A DNA stretch of 64,000 bases from a virus (taxonomy: Duplodnaviria > Caudoviricetes), in the IMG/VR virus record IMGVR_UViG_3300028886_000042; one strand, given 5' to 3'. This document shows, piece after piece, positions 28,931 to 40,132 of the stretch. The stretch's first letter is position 1. Every line of letters starts with the position of its first letter. The position numbers were made by a program, and so were the translations under genes. The notes beneath the pieces were generated by a model that saw only the letters and a program-made list of their open reading frames with translations, ran no database searches and was not told where the DNA came from.

Positions 28931-31900
28931 ATGGCAGAGATTGAGAGACGTGATAAAACACCGGGTTTTGGATATGGAGTTACTATTGTAAATTCCGGTG
29001 CAAGGCAGTTCAGAAAACTGAGTGATGACTTTATAGGCCATACACTCGGAATGAAGATTGACGAACGGGTAGATTTCAATGATTTGAACTATGAATATAT
29101 GCGTAAATTCATGGGTATGAATATCATTGAACACAATACTACCATGTCCATGTTAGGTGATGACGCACATCTTTTCGGTGATTCGAACGCCATAACCGGA
29201 ATGGCACAGAGACCAAGCTATGTAGGCAGTGCAAATTATACAGACACATTTGCTTCAAGGGTTGCAGGGTATGAAAAGGGTGGTGAAAACACAACAAGAA
29301 GTGCTGAAATACCAAATAAACAACCATATAAAAAGGTTACGAATCTTTATCCTGATGACCTTGACAGTGGAGGCTTTAAGGAAAAATGGAACGTTACTGA
29401 CAAGAATTCAATTTTGCACAAAACAAAGGAACTGTTTAAAAGGCATAAGATAAATACGCTTATTTCACGTTTCGCAACATCAGCAGATGCAGGTGAATCA
29501 AATGTAGCCGGTAACGGTGATATCGCTACTCAATTCGGAATGTCACATGGAAGGAACCTTCTTAAAAAGGCTGCTGAAAACGCTGATAAATCAGCTAAAT
29601 ACAACACAAACGGCTATAATAACCCTTATTGCCGTGTATGGACTCATCATTATCAGTATGATAAACTAAACAAACTGATACGTCCGTTTGTGGATGATGA
29701 AGGTAATCCTGTAAAACTGAGTGACCTTCATAAGTGGGGGAGTTTCACCAAATCGGATGAGACAAGGGAATATATGTGGAAGGGAAATGACCCCGGATGG
29801 GAACTTTCTTCATTGAACAAGAACGGTTTTCCCAACATAACACCGAAATATTTAGGCGGTGACGGTAAGAACATACATACAAAGGACTGTATGTTTTCCA
29901 TCGAGAACCTCGCATGGAAGGGCTATGACCCTTATTCATTCGAAAAGGCACTGTCATGGGAACAGAGAGGCCCGCTTGGTGGAAGAATCATGTGGTTCCC
30001 TCCATACGGACTTACGTTCAATGAAACAACGCAGGCAAACTGGAATTCAAATACATTCATAGGAAGAGGCGAGGATGTATATACATATATCAATACCGTA
30101 AGAAGCGGTACACTGTCATTTATCATGCTTACAGACCATCCTTCTGTAACCGACTATGCAACTTGGTATGAAAGTGACGATAATGATTTAAAAGATACTG
30201 ACATACTGAGGTTTTTTGCAGGGTGCGACAAGGACACGCTTATAAATGCTGCAAAGCCTACACCTCTTACAGATGAATTAGTACAGGTAGAGAATAATAA
30301 TCTCGAAGATAAAAAGTCTGCACCTGATACGACACCTGAGAATGAAATACCTGATGAAGAAGGTACGGTTGAATTCTATGTGTTCTACCCTAATAACTAT
30401 TCAGGTGTATATGACAGGGAAAATAATGTAATTGACCCTATTGCCTATTTGCTTTTCGGTGTTAACTGTAACATAAATACCGAAATAAGTGAAGATAACA
30501 GAACAGTTCGCAGTGAAGATATAAAAATACAGTTTGAACTATCGGGTGAAGAAGAGACACAAGGTTATGAAATGTCAGACGGTAGCGGTATAACAAAATA
30601 TGATAAACATGTAAGCGATTTTATATATGGTTCAGATTATCCGTGGTATATAAATTATATAAACCATACAACTAACCAATGGCCGGAAAGTTATAAACCT
30701 AATTTAAAACGTCAATGGTTTTATCGAATTGACGGTAAGTATGAAACACCTAAAGAAACTGATGGTACGGAAATAATTAAAAACAAATATGACGAAAAAT
30801 TAATATCTGAGGCGAATTACAAGGATTTAAAGGGTTTTTTATTAAACAAGAATGTCGGTTCTGTAAAAGAAACTATATCCGGTTTGTCTAATGGAGATTC
30901 AAGCACAGATAATCTGTATACACTGGCTGAAGTTGCTGCCGTAATTGCGAATATTAAAAAATACACTAACACTATAAATAAGTTAGGGATTAAATTTGAT
31001 GATAAGGGAAACTGTATATCAGGTGATGATGAATTCAAGGAAAGGCTTACCAAACTTATGAATTTGTTTAAGAACAGGGTTGAGGACATATCTGATATTC
31101 ACATTAAAGGTTTTTCTACCATACATGGATATGAAGAAAAAAATAACCAGTTAGCACGTGAACGTGCAAATACAATCGGTGAATGGCTTGAAAAATACGG
31201 TATTAAAGGAAAGAAAAAATATGAAACCGAAGTTGATGGCGGTATAAACGTTAACGAAAACAGCGAAAATACTTCAAAAACAGAAAATGGAGCGATATCA
31301 GGTGATATTGCAACAAGAAAAGCCAAATTCTACCGTTCAGCAAAGGTTACTATAAGGTTCACTAAGAACAAAACCGAAAAACTGAGTGATACCGACAATT
31401 CCGAAATCCATAAAAATATAGCCAACAATCCGGCAGGACGTGTATTAGGGCAAATGAAAGAACTTTATAATGATATTTTAGGTAACAGTTCGAAATGGGT
31501 GGAAAATGAAAAGGGTGTTTTCGTCAAATACAGAGAAAAGGACGAGAACAATAATGATATAATAATAGAGGGGAATGCGGCAGCTGACAGACTTGTTTAT
31601 ATGCATAATGACAATAAAATATCTAACAACAATCTCCGTTATGACCAGGAGTATCATTTCTACAAGGAACTGGAAACCAAGGATGATGCAATTATAAGGG
31701 AATTGAAGAAAAGGCTGAAGTATTTTGACCCTGCTTTCCATTCAATGTCACCTGAAGGGTTTAATGAGAGACTTACATTCCTTAATCAGTGTACACGTCA
31801 GGGAAACACTATAACGGCTTCTGACAATAACGGTACTGCAAGTAACCTTGCATTCGGAAGACCTCCGTTCTGTGTACTTAGAATAGGTGATTTCTATTAT

Positions 31901-32233
31901 CAGACAATCGTAATCGATTCTATAAGTACAAGTTTTGACGTATCGAACGGATTGCAGTGGGATTTGAATCCGGAAGGTGTAGGTATACAGCCTATGTTGG
32001 CAAGAATCGACATTAACTTCAAGTTTATCGGAGGCGGTGACTTAGGCGGGCCTATAAGGAGGCTTCAGAATGCCATGTCGTTCAATTATTATGCTAATGC
32101 AAGGCTGTATGATAACAGGGCAGACAGAATAAAGTATAACGGAAGCCATTTAGAAATGGGTGGCAACGACAGTAGTGTAAATAGTAACAGCAGTTATGCC
32201 CATACAGTTCAGATGGCAAATAATAAAAATTAA
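28931..32233 (+). CDS. Baseplate/tube-initiator-like protein with internal OmpA-C-like domain
   Basis: IHIKGFSTIHG..NNQLARERANTIGEWL; C-term PPFCVLRIGDF..WDLNPEG..PMLARIDINF. Confidence 0.6.
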   Translation: MAEIERRDKTPGFGYGVTIVNSGARQFRKLSDDFIGHTLGMKIDERVDFNDLNYEYMRKFMGMNIIEHNTTMSMLGDDAHLFGDSNAITGMAQRPSYVGSANYTDTFASRVAGYEKGGENTTRSAEIPNKQPYKKVTNLYPDDLDSGGFKEKWNVTDKNSILHKTKELFKRHKINTLISRFATSADAGESNVAGNGDIATQFGMSHGRNLLKKAAENADKSAKYNTNGYNNPYCRVWTHHYQYDKLNKLIRPFVDDEGNPVKLSDLHKWGSFTKSDETREYMWKGNDPGWELSSLNKNGFPNITPKYLGGDGKNIHTKDCMFSIENLAWKGYDPYSFEKALSWEQRGPLGGRIMWFPPYGLTFNETTQANWNSNTFIGRGEDVYTYINTVRSGTLSFIMLTDHPSVTDYATWYESDDNDLKDTDILRFFAGCDKDTLINAAKPTPLTDELVQVENNNLEDKKSAPDTTPENEIPDEEGTVEFYVFYPNNYSGVYDRENNVIDPIAYLLFGVNCNINTEISEDNRTVRSEDIKIQFELSGEEETQGYEMSDGSGITKYDKHVSDFIYGSDYPWYINYINHTTNQWPESYKPNLKRQWFYRIDGKYETPKETDGTEIIKNKYDEKLISEANYKDLKGFLLNKNVGSVKETISGLSNGDSSTDNLYTLAEVAAVIANIKKYTNTINKLGIKFDDKGNCISGDDEFKERLTKLMNLFKNRVEDISDIHIKGFSTIHGYEEKNNQLARERANTIGEWLEKYGIKGKKKYETEVDGGINVNENSENTSKTENGAISGDIATRKAKFYRSAKVTIRFTKNKTEKLSDTDNSEIHKNIANNPAGRVLGQMKELYNDILGNSSKWVENEKGVFVKYREKDENNNDIIIEGNAAADRLVYMHNDNKISNNNLRYDQEYHFYKELETKDDAIIRELKKRLKYFDPAFHSMSPEGFNERLTFLNQCTRQGNTITASDNNGTASNLAFGRPPFCVLRIGDFYYQTIVIDSISTSFDVSNGLQWDLNPEGVGIQPMLARIDINFKFIGGGDLGGPIRRLQNAMSFNYYANARLYDNRADRIKYNGSHLEMGGNDSSVNSNSSYAHTVQMANNKN

Positions 32234-32246
32234 TTAATATTTTTAT

Positions 32247-32561
32247 ATGGCTTATTATGACAGATATGCTAATTTCAGGACAAATACCGGTGTTAATGTC
32301 GTACCACCGATTGAGATAGAGAAATCTTCATCTGATATATACCTTGTATATGACAAAAACAAGATGAGGTTAGATACACTTTCTTATAAATACTACGGAG
32401 ACCCTGACTACGGATGGCTGATATTACAGGCAAATCCTTCAATCCCATCTATGGAATATCGTATAGAGGACGGCACAATCGTAAGAATACCTTATCCGCT
32501 GTCAACAGCTGTTAACCGTTACGAACAAGGTATAAACAAATATAATTCTGAAAACAATTAA
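32247..32561 (+). CDS. Baseplate wedge LysM-like protein (gp53/protein X-like)
   Basis: RLDTLSYKYYGDPDYGWLILQANP..IVRIP. Confidence 0.8.
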   Translation: MAYYDRYANFRTNTGVNVVPPIEIEKSSSDIYLVYDKNKMRLDTLSYKYYGDPDYGWLILQANPSIPSMEYRIEDGTIVRIPYPLSTAVNRYEQGINKYNSENN

Positions 32562-32581
32562 CAATATTTAACTTGAAATAA

Positions 32582-32614
32582 TTTGGTACTCAAGAAATAA
32601 CCTTTAACTTTGCA
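32582..32614 (+). promoter_or_regulatory. Bacteroidota promoter TTTG-N19-TAACTTTGCA
   Basis: Exact consensus. Confidence 0.8.
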
Positions 32615-32644
32615 ACACAAAAAATAAAATAAAGGTTTACGATT

Positions 32645-33424
32645 ATGTACAGAAGAATTATCTTAAGTGTTATTTCAGTGTTATTTACCGTTCTCTGTGT
32701 TGCAGAAAACTATGTTTCTGATTTGACTATAATAAACTACAATACAGACGGAGAGCGTTTCGAAAAATCTGTCATCTATTATAAATATTCCGGTAATACG
32801 ATTACAGGGGCAAACAAAGTAACGGTAAAAGCCATCGGTGATTTGTATGAAACTATTCCTGAATACAGAGATACATTTGTGACTTCATATATACACAATC
32901 AGAAAAAAGAGAGAATACATACATTAAGAAAGAAGGGTAAAAATGATAAAATCGAACGGTTCACTGATTATGAATATACATATAATGAATATGGTAAACT
33001 TATCGAGATAAAGAAACAGTTTTATTTAAAGGAAGAAGACGGACAATATCATCCGCGTGATATAGAATATATTTTAAATCTGAGATGGTATGAAGGAAAT
33101 ATGTACTTTTGTGACAAGAGTTTCAATATAAAATATTCGGAAAACAAAAACACACTTAACATAAACCCTAATGTATTTCTTTTTATATGCAATACATATG
33201 ATATTTTTACGGATGAACATTTTCAGTATTCAATAGACGTATTTAATTTAAAAACCGTTAACTTAATTGAATATATAAGCATTATTAGTGGATATTCATA
33301 TGAAGCATATCGTGTTGAGAATAATTTCAACGGTGACGGTACACTTAACGACATAGCACTGTATTGTAAATACAAGGACGAATGGAAACTTATGAAAACA
33401 ATTTTAATAAACTATAGGCATTGA
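32645..33424 (+). CDS. Secreted/periplasmic Tyr-rich beta protein (moron-like)
   Basis: Sec signal peptide MYRRIILSVISVLFTVLCVA; YEYTYNEYGKL YD-like strands. Confidence 0.65.
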   Translation: MYRRIILSVISVLFTVLCVAENYVSDLTIINYNTDGERFEKSVIYYKYSGNTITGANKVTVKAIGDLYETIPEYRDTFVTSYIHNQKKERIHTLRKKGKNDKIERFTDYEYTYNEYGKLIEIKKQFYLKEEDGQYHPRDIEYILNLRWYEGNMYFCDKSFNIKYSENKNTLNINPNVFLFICNTYDIFTDEHFQYSIDVFNLKTVNLIEYISIISGYSYEAYRVENNFNGDGTLNDIALYCKYKDEWKLMKTILINYRH

Positions 33425-33429
33425 AAAAA

Positions 33430-33469
33430 TAACCCGTAAATACTTATATTTAAAGTATTGCGGGTTTTT
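33430..33469 (+). terminator. Terminator containing a late-motif variant (ATACTTATA, 33440-33448)
   Basis: AACCCGTAAATACT/AGTATTGCGGGTT-TTT. Confidence 0.7.
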
Positions 33470-33474
33470 CTTTA

Positions 33475-36400
33475 ATGGCAGAGACTGAAAAGAATATTGT
33501 AAGGCAAAAAGGACGTATATTATATGTTGAGCCTAACGACATATACGGTGAGATAGACGGTGTTCCGATGACACCGGACTATTCGGATTATTGTATATCA
33601 GTAAATCTGATAGCAGAGGTTGTTTCAAGGGTAAAACAGAGTGGAGGAGAATCCACTTCAATGCTAATTGCTACGTGGATTGAACGTCCGCATTCCGATG
33701 AAAACAATGAAACGCCGAATAACGAGAACTGGATTTCATTCTTACAAGGTGAAGATGCGAAGATATACGTAGGCGGTAAAACAAATTTCCTTACAACTTA
33801 TTATACTGACATAAACTATAATGACGTTGTAAAGAAAAACATAGTAGAAGGTTTGGGTATTGAGAGTATAGAGGTATCTTTTGAGAGTTTCTATACCCCA
33901 ACCGTTGTAATCAAGTTCGTTGACGTAAGAGGCTCGTCACTTTTCGGAAGAGAAGAAGTCATACACAACCCTTCTGAAATATCAGAAAAACAGAACAGCG
34001 TTTTCGGTGCATTCTTCACAATACCGTACCCCAAATTCAAATTACAGATTAAGGGTTTTTACGGTAAGGGTGTTACATATCAGCTTACATGTTCTGATTT
34101 CAAGGCTTCATTCAATCCTAATAACGGTAATTTTGAAGCAGTTGTTACATTTATAGGATATTCATATTCACTTCTTACGGACATACCTTTAAGTTATATT
34201 ATAGCCGCACCGTTCTGTGACTATTTCGGTAAAGATTATTGGGAAAGCCATATAAACACACCTGAATGGCAATTAAGCGACGGAAACCCACCTGTAACAC
34301 TGGTTAAAATCATAGAAAAAGCAAAATCCCTTATAAATGAACGTGATTTACTCGAACATAAGGTTATGAGTAATGAAGACGGTAAAACGAAGAATGAACT
34401 TAATACAAAAAAGAACAATTTAGAGTCGATTTCAATTCATCTGAATGATTTTCTTAATGCACTGACAACACAGTTCAGTAATAAGTGTGTATATGTAGAG
34501 AGCGGTGAAGATTCCGTCAACGAACAGCTTATTCTATTTTCTGATGCTTCTGACAATCAGAAGATTACAGATAAATTAACCGTAACTCTTAACGATAATG
34601 TAGTTAATGCATGGAAAAACCTGATTAAAGCTTTTAATCTGTACAATGATTCAAGTGACGGCGAGATTTTCGATACGAAACTTCTTCCAAACGGACTTAC
34701 CGGTGAATGTAATGAATTAGTTTTCAATAAATTCTGTGACATAACAGATGATAAAGGTGTTACCTTCCTTAGAAACAGTGGAGAACAGAATGTTAAAGGT
34801 TTAACCGGTACTGTATTAAACAACAGTATCTGTCCGTCTGTAGAATTAGCCGGAAAACTTGTAGCTGATGCAAGGCCTGAAAATTTCAAGAATAACGGAA
34901 AATATTTCGGGGAATATGCCTATATATTTGAATTCAGCAAATTCAATGACATCATATCTTCACGTATTGAAAGGCTCAATGCAGAGAGTAATGAAATAAA
35001 CAGAAAGATAAAGTTAAAGGTACAGGAAACAGCCGGTGATTTATTAGGATTCACCCCACGTATAGGTGACATCTTCAAGATTATCATGTGTCACCTTGAA
35101 ACATTCATACATATGATGTGGGAGTGTTACAGGGTAATTGACGATGACGGCATGAACAACAGGCGTACATATGAATACCTTAATGTACCGAAGGGTTCGA
35201 CAGATTATCCGTCAAACTATAATTTTAAGAACGGAATAGGTGCATGGCCGGGACTTTTCAATAACGGGTTTACCGACAAACAGGGCGGTACTATAGATGA
35301 GGGTTCTGAAACTATTGCATGGGTAGGTGATTTCAGTCACAATTTCGAGGAAGAAAAACTTGTAAGGTCACTGTATTACGGTTTACAGAAAAACACAAAG
35401 GATTTGGACACTATGGACAAATCGGTTTCTTCAATACCGTTATTACCGGTAATGCCTAATGACATTAACAATTTCAGTGACATATTTTCAAATGCGACAA
35501 AGAATGATATATCTTCACTGTCAGGCTATCTTTCGTTCCGTGCTGCACAGATATTCGGTTTATTACTTGACGGTAATATAACAGAGGAAATGGCAAACAC
35601 GTTAGGCAAGATGGATGCCTTCAACTATTTCGCACATGTCAGTTCTAAGACTGACATAAAGAACCATATACTTAACCGTGATTCAGACAGAAGCCTTGAA
35701 GATATACTGTATGATATTTCGTTATGCAACAGTAATGCAGACGAATACTGTACCACTTATCAGGGTAATGATAAACGCAGATATGCATTTGAGACAGCAT
35801 ATTCAATAGACAGTGATTATAACAGGAACAAACGTCATCCTATGTTACAGGAGGCTGACATTTACCTTAAATACATACATTACTATCTGAGAATAAGAAA
35901 AGAAAAGGAAGAGGAATACACAGTCAGAAAAATATCCGTTGTACCGGATTCCATGGAGGAATTCAAGAATTACTCAAACACATTTGAAATGAGAGGAAGT
36001 AAAAAGGGCACTTATTTCAAACTTATATCAGATGATAATTCAGAGGAAAAATGGACAGGCAAACCGTTCCTACATAAGTCAAGTTCAATGACACTGTTTG
36101 ATGCCGAACTATCTGATGATATAGATAAAATGACAATTGACAATATCGGAACGAAATATGTCAATAATGATATGTTTGATATACATACGGCTGATATTAT
36201 AGTTGACGGTGTAAGGGAAAAGTACAGCGAACTTAAAACCGGTACTTTTATAGTAAACGGAGAGGAATATACGGAAAATCTTGACAGCATACTGAATAAG
36301 ATATGGAATGTCAGCAACTCATACTACGGTAAGTTTTTCGGTAATGACATGCTAAGTGAAGGGTCAGGTTTGGATGATGATGAATTATATCCGGACAATA

Positions 36401-39400
36401 ACAGTAAGAACGATACCGGCAAAGCACCGAAAAATCCGCTTGAGAGAAAATGGCTTAAAGATAAAGCTGTAAGTTTCAATACCGAAAACGGAGGATGGAA
36501 ATCCGATTCAGGAGATTTGGATATAAATAACCTTGTCATAAAATATTTCAATTCATATATTTCGTTAGGCAAGGGTGAATATACAAGACAGAACCTGTTT
36601 GCCGACCCGTTTTATTATCTACAGAATGATGAAATACAAAAAGGCGAGGAAACTGAATCCGAACAGCTGACAAGGCAGAAACGTGTAAAGGGTTTGCTGT
36701 TTCTCCATACGTTATCATATAACTATTCAGACATACCTTCATTCCTGAAACATACAAAGAACAGCGGAGGTATATACACAATACCATACGGCTATGCATT
36801 ACTGATAGGAGGTTTACTATGGAAGAAAAGATACAGTGATACACATACGGAGTTAAAAAACGGTAAGTATGTAAAAATAAGTCCGATACAGACAGGAACA
36901 TCAAATATTGAGTATTACTGTAATATCACAAGTGATGATACACTGTTCGTCAAATACGGAGGAAAATATGTTATGTGTGCCTTCAAGACAGAACAGGAAA
37001 CAACCGGTCATGTCAAGATTTCAGAACTGTTAGGCGGTGAAGATGACAGATGTATGCCGGATAACCTCGTTACGAATAAACTCATATCACTCTTCCTTGA
37101 TTTCATTGACGGGCCGTGGTCTGAAATAATGAATACACTTGAATTGCGTAACAGGTATAGTGACGGAAACATTGTACGGTATACTTATAGTGATTTCTGT
37201 AAAGAAGCAATGAATATGAAACAGTACTTCAATGACCTAAACAAAAAAACGAAGTTTTTCATAATTGACAAAAAAAGCATACCGTACAATTATTATCTCA
37301 TATACAGAATGATAAACGACCAGAAATATTTTGACGGTTTCTTCGACTCTTACAGATTCATTCTCGTAAACAGCCGTTTCGTACAGACTGACGATGCAAG
37401 GGGTATATTATTGCTTATGGATGAAAAAAACACTGTATTTCAGCAGACATTAAAGGATTTATATGCAAAGGCCGTTGTCGTAACGGATTCGTCCCGATTC
37501 CATCATTATTACAACGATATCACGAATGATAATGAGATAACATTCGCACAGAGTCTGTTCAAGTCATATCTGAAAGGCTTCAGTGGAAAATTAAGTGACA
37601 TAGCAGAGGAAAAAGAAGCAGTACCGAAGAATGAAAGTATAGATTTTGATACCAACCTCAGAAGGGATTTACTTCTGTCAATATACCTGTACCTTAAAAC
37701 ACTATGGGACAGATGGCTCGTATCTACAGGTACAAAGACAAAGGACGGAAGAACAGTAACTTACACAAACTACTATGATGTCGGTAATTTCTTTTCAAGT
37801 TTCGTATTCATAGATGCATTCTACCGTAATATATACAAGGATTTCCTTATAAACATCGAAACCTTCAAGGATATATTCGAGGGACGTTCGGACAAGAGTA
37901 CACTGTTTCAGTTTATAGGCGATATCCTCAGAAAACACAACTGTCTGTTCTTTGCATTACCTGACTATGTAGATATGGGTGCTTCTGACAACAATACGGC
38001 AATAAAGGAATTACAGAATATATTCAGACCAGTACCGTTCGTAAACAAGAATGAAATAGCAGAGGAAAACAGATTCGTCATAATATATAATCCGAGACTG
38101 TCGGAAACACCCATGGAGTTCAATTCATTCAAGACTGACTATTTCAAGATATGGAATCCTGCTATTGTTGGTGAAGAAAAATGGGATGAAAATTTACCGG
38201 GTGTATTCTATCATACCGCTATATCCGAAGGTGAGGATGCCGTTACAAGATACGGATATTATGTACCTTCGTTCGGAATAGCATTCAGTAAACAGGGTAA
38301 TCACCTGTTCAAGTCAATCAGTCTGAGCACTTCTTCACCACTTGTCACGTCTGCTTCTGCTGCTGCCGTTACCAACATAGCGATGAGCATGTCGGACAAT
38401 GCCAACAAAGTCGCATTCATGGGACAGGATTTATATCCGGTATACAGCAACTACTCCTATATATGCGAGGTTGAAATGATGGGTGATGCCCAGATACAGC
38501 CGTTTATGTATTTCCAACTGATGAACGTTGCCATGTGGAGCGGTGTATATATGATTTTCAATGTGACTCATTCAATAACAGCCGGTAACATGACAACAAA
38601 GTTCAGGGGTATGAAACTGTCAAGAAATGCTCTACCATACAGTTCTACATGGTTCTTCTATTCACCTGACAGATATGACAGTAATGAAGCAAACAGATAT
38701 AACGGAGGAAGCGGAAGCAACAACGGTAGTAGCGGTGGAGGTACAGGATATGCCGGTAATACTGTTCCTATTGTTCTTGACAGCAGCAGATACATTAAGT
38801 TTGCGGGTATGCTCGATAAGGATAATGACCATTATGACAAAGAGGAAAATTATGTAAAAAAAGATACCTACGCAACAAGATATAAGACAAACAGCGGAAA
38901 TACTGTAAGTACTTCACTGATTATGCTGTACAATACCCTCTATGAGGAAATAAAGGCAATGCAGGAAAAAACAGGTGGAATGAAATGGAATATCTGTATT
39001 TCAAGTGTAGGAACAGGTTCACATGTCGAGGGAAGTCAGCACTATACAGGCCATGCAATCGATTTACAGTTATCATATAAAAACGGTGACGGTAAAATGG
39101 TTCCTTCAAGCGGTGAAAACAAAAAACCCGACCCAAACTATTTCACTGTTATTGACATGATATATGAACTGCATTTCGATGAAGTATATCAGGTTATCTA
39201 TGAACAATACCACAAAGGGGACTGTGAACATGAAACAAAACAATACCAGCCGAAATGTCTTCATGTAGGTATAAAAGAACCGGAAAGAAACAGAACTTCC
39301 GTACAATTCTATGTAGATAACGGAAACTACGGAAAATGGTATTTCGACAGTAGGGTACGGTTACCTGAATTCAAGGGTACAGCAAAAAAATATTACATGA

Positions 39401-40041
39401 GGAACGAAAAGAATTTCTATAGCGTGTTCCCGAATTTCCAGAATATGGATGTTTCAGCTTTATTTACGGAAAAGTGGTACGGTAAAATCAAGGACATATA
39501 TGAGAGTAATGTCCGGTTGATTGATGATATAAATGATGATGCAATACCTACAGAATATGATTTGGGTAACGAATATACAGGACAGTTCGACAGTTCTGAT
39601 AAAGGAAAAAAACAATTTACTGTCACTTTATATAAATCATACAGAAGATTAGAACTGAACAAACGTATTTCACTTGTACTGGTTGCACAGGATGCAGGTG
39701 AGTCAGGATGGGGTACTTCAACGTTATCACAGTACAGTAATTACGGAGGTATAAACAATACAGCCGGTTGTAAACAGGATGTAATGACAGATGCAGACGG
39801 GCACAAGAAGGCAGGATTTGATAATGTCGGAAACTATACGTCCGAGAAAATAGCAATGTTAAGAAGGGTTTACGGTGATAACATAACCTCAAACAAAAAG
39901 GGTGTTGACTTTATGAGACAGTTACAGGGACTTAATTCGCGCAACTACTGCTACGGTGGCGAAAATGACGAACAGAGATTCAACTACGGCGTTACAATCC
40001 TTACGAAAATGGTTCCCAGTGTTTATAATCGTCTCAAATAA
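33475..40041 (+). CDS. 2188-aa baseplate hub-like protein with C-terminal M15-like peptidase and GH73-like glucosaminidase
   Basis: gp27/late-D-like EVEMMGDAQIQP..GVYMIFNVTHSI; SQHYTGHAID..CLHVG; AQDAGESGWGTS..NYGGI. Confidence 0.7.
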   Translation: MAETEKNIVRQKGRILYVEPNDIYGEIDGVPMTPDYSDYCISVNLIAEVVSRVKQSGGESTSMLIATWIERPHSDENNETPNNENWISFLQGEDAKIYVGGKTNFLTTYYTDINYNDVVKKNIVEGLGIESIEVSFESFYTPTVVIKFVDVRGSSLFGREEVIHNPSEISEKQNSVFGAFFTIPYPKFKLQIKGFYGKGVTYQLTCSDFKASFNPNNGNFEAVVTFIGYSYSLLTDIPLSYIIAAPFCDYFGKDYWESHINTPEWQLSDGNPPVTLVKIIEKAKSLINERDLLEHKVMSNEDGKTKNELNTKKNNLESISIHLNDFLNALTTQFSNKCVYVESGEDSVNEQLILFSDASDNQKITDKLTVTLNDNVVNAWKNLIKAFNLYNDSSDGEIFDTKLLPNGLTGECNELVFNKFCDITDDKGVTFLRNSGEQNVKGLTGTVLNNSICPSVELAGKLVADARPENFKNNGKYFGEYAYIFEFSKFNDIISSRIERLNAESNEINRKIKLKVQETAGDLLGFTPRIGDIFKIIMCHLETFIHMMWECYRVIDDDGMNNRRTYEYLNVPKGSTDYPSNYNFKNGIGAWPGLFNNGFTDKQGGTIDEGSETIAWVGDFSHNFEEEKLVRSLYYGLQKNTKDLDTMDKSVSSIPLLPVMPNDINNFSDIFSNATKNDISSLSGYLSFRAAQIFGLLLDGNITEEMANTLGKMDAFNYFAHVSSKTDIKNHILNRDSDRSLEDILYDISLCNSNADEYCTTYQGNDKRRYAFETAYSIDSDYNRNKRHPMLQEADIYLKYIHYYLRIRKEKEEEYTVRKISVVPDSMEEFKNYSNTFEMRGSKKGTYFKLISDDNSEEKWTGKPFLHKSSSMTLFDAELSDDIDKMTIDNIGTKYVNNDMFDIHTADIIVDGVREKYSELKTGTFIVNGEEYTENLDSILNKIWNVSNSYYGKFFGNDMLSEGSGLDDDELYPDNNSKNDTGKAPKNPLERKWLKDKAVSFNTENGGWKSDSGDLDINNLVIKYFNSYISLGKGEYTRQNLFADPFYYLQNDEIQKGEETESEQLTRQKRVKGLLFLHTLSYNYSDIPSFLKHTKNSGGIYTIPYGYALLIGGLLWKKRYSDTHTELKNGKYVKISPIQTGTSNIEYYCNITSDDTLFVKYGGKYVMCAFKTEQETTGHVKISELLGGEDDRCMPDNLVTNKLISLFLDFIDGPWSEIMNTLELRNRYSDGNIVRYTYSDFCKEAMNMKQYFNDLNKKTKFFIIDKKSIPYNYYLIYRMINDQKYFDGFFDSYRFILVNSRFVQTDDARGILLLMDEKNTVFQQTLKDLYAKAVVVTDSSRFHHYYNDITNDNEITFAQSLFKSYLKGFSGKLSDIAEEKEAVPKNESIDFDTNLRRDLLLSIYLYLKTLWDRWLVSTGTKTKDGRTVTYTNYYDVGNFFSSFVFIDAFYRNIYKDFLINIETFKDIFEGRSDKSTLFQFIGDILRKHNCLFFALPDYVDMGASDNNTAIKELQNIFRPVPFVNKNEIAEENRFVIIYNPRLSETPMEFNSFKTDYFKIWNPAIVGEEKWDENLPGVFYHTAISEGEDAVTRYGYYVPSFGIAFSKQGNHLFKSISLSTSSPLVTSASAAAVTNIAMSMSDNANKVAFMGQDLYPVYSNYSYICEVEMMGDAQIQPFMYFQLMNVAMWSGVYMIFNVTHSITAGNMTTKFRGMKLSRNALPYSSTWFFYSPDRYDSNEANRYNGGSGSNNGSSGGGTGYAGNTVPIVLDSSRYIKFAGMLDKDNDHYDKEENYVKKDTYATRYKTNSGNTVSTSLIMLYNTLYEEIKAMQEKTGGMKWNICISSVGTGSHVEGSQHYTGHAIDLQLSYKNGDGKMVPSSGENKKPDPNYFTVIDMIYELHFDEVYQVIYEQYHKGDCEHETKQYQPKCLHVGIKEPERNRTSVQFYVDNGNYGKWYFDSRVRLPEFKGTAKKYYMRNEKNFYSVFPNFQNMDVSALFTEKWYGKIKDIYESNVRLIDDINDDAIPTEYDLGNEYTGQFDSSDKGKKQFTVTLYKSYRRLELNKRISLVLVAQDAGESGWGTSTLSQYSNYGGINNTAGCKQDVMTDADGHKKAGFDNVGNYTSEKIAMLRRVYGDNITSNKKGVDFMRQLQGLNSRNYCYGGENDEQRFNYGVTILTKMVPSVYNRLK

Positions 40042-40064
40042 ATTATGGCAGAAACATGATTTTA

Positions 40065-40098
40065 TTTGTATTTTAACGTTTTTGACTGTATATTTGCA
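40065..40098 (+). promoter_or_regulatory. Bacteroidota promoter TTTG-N20-TATATTTGCA
   Basis: Exact consensus. Confidence 0.8.
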
Positions 40099-40132
40099 CA
40101 AAGAAAAAGGATGAAAAAGATAAAAACAGATA

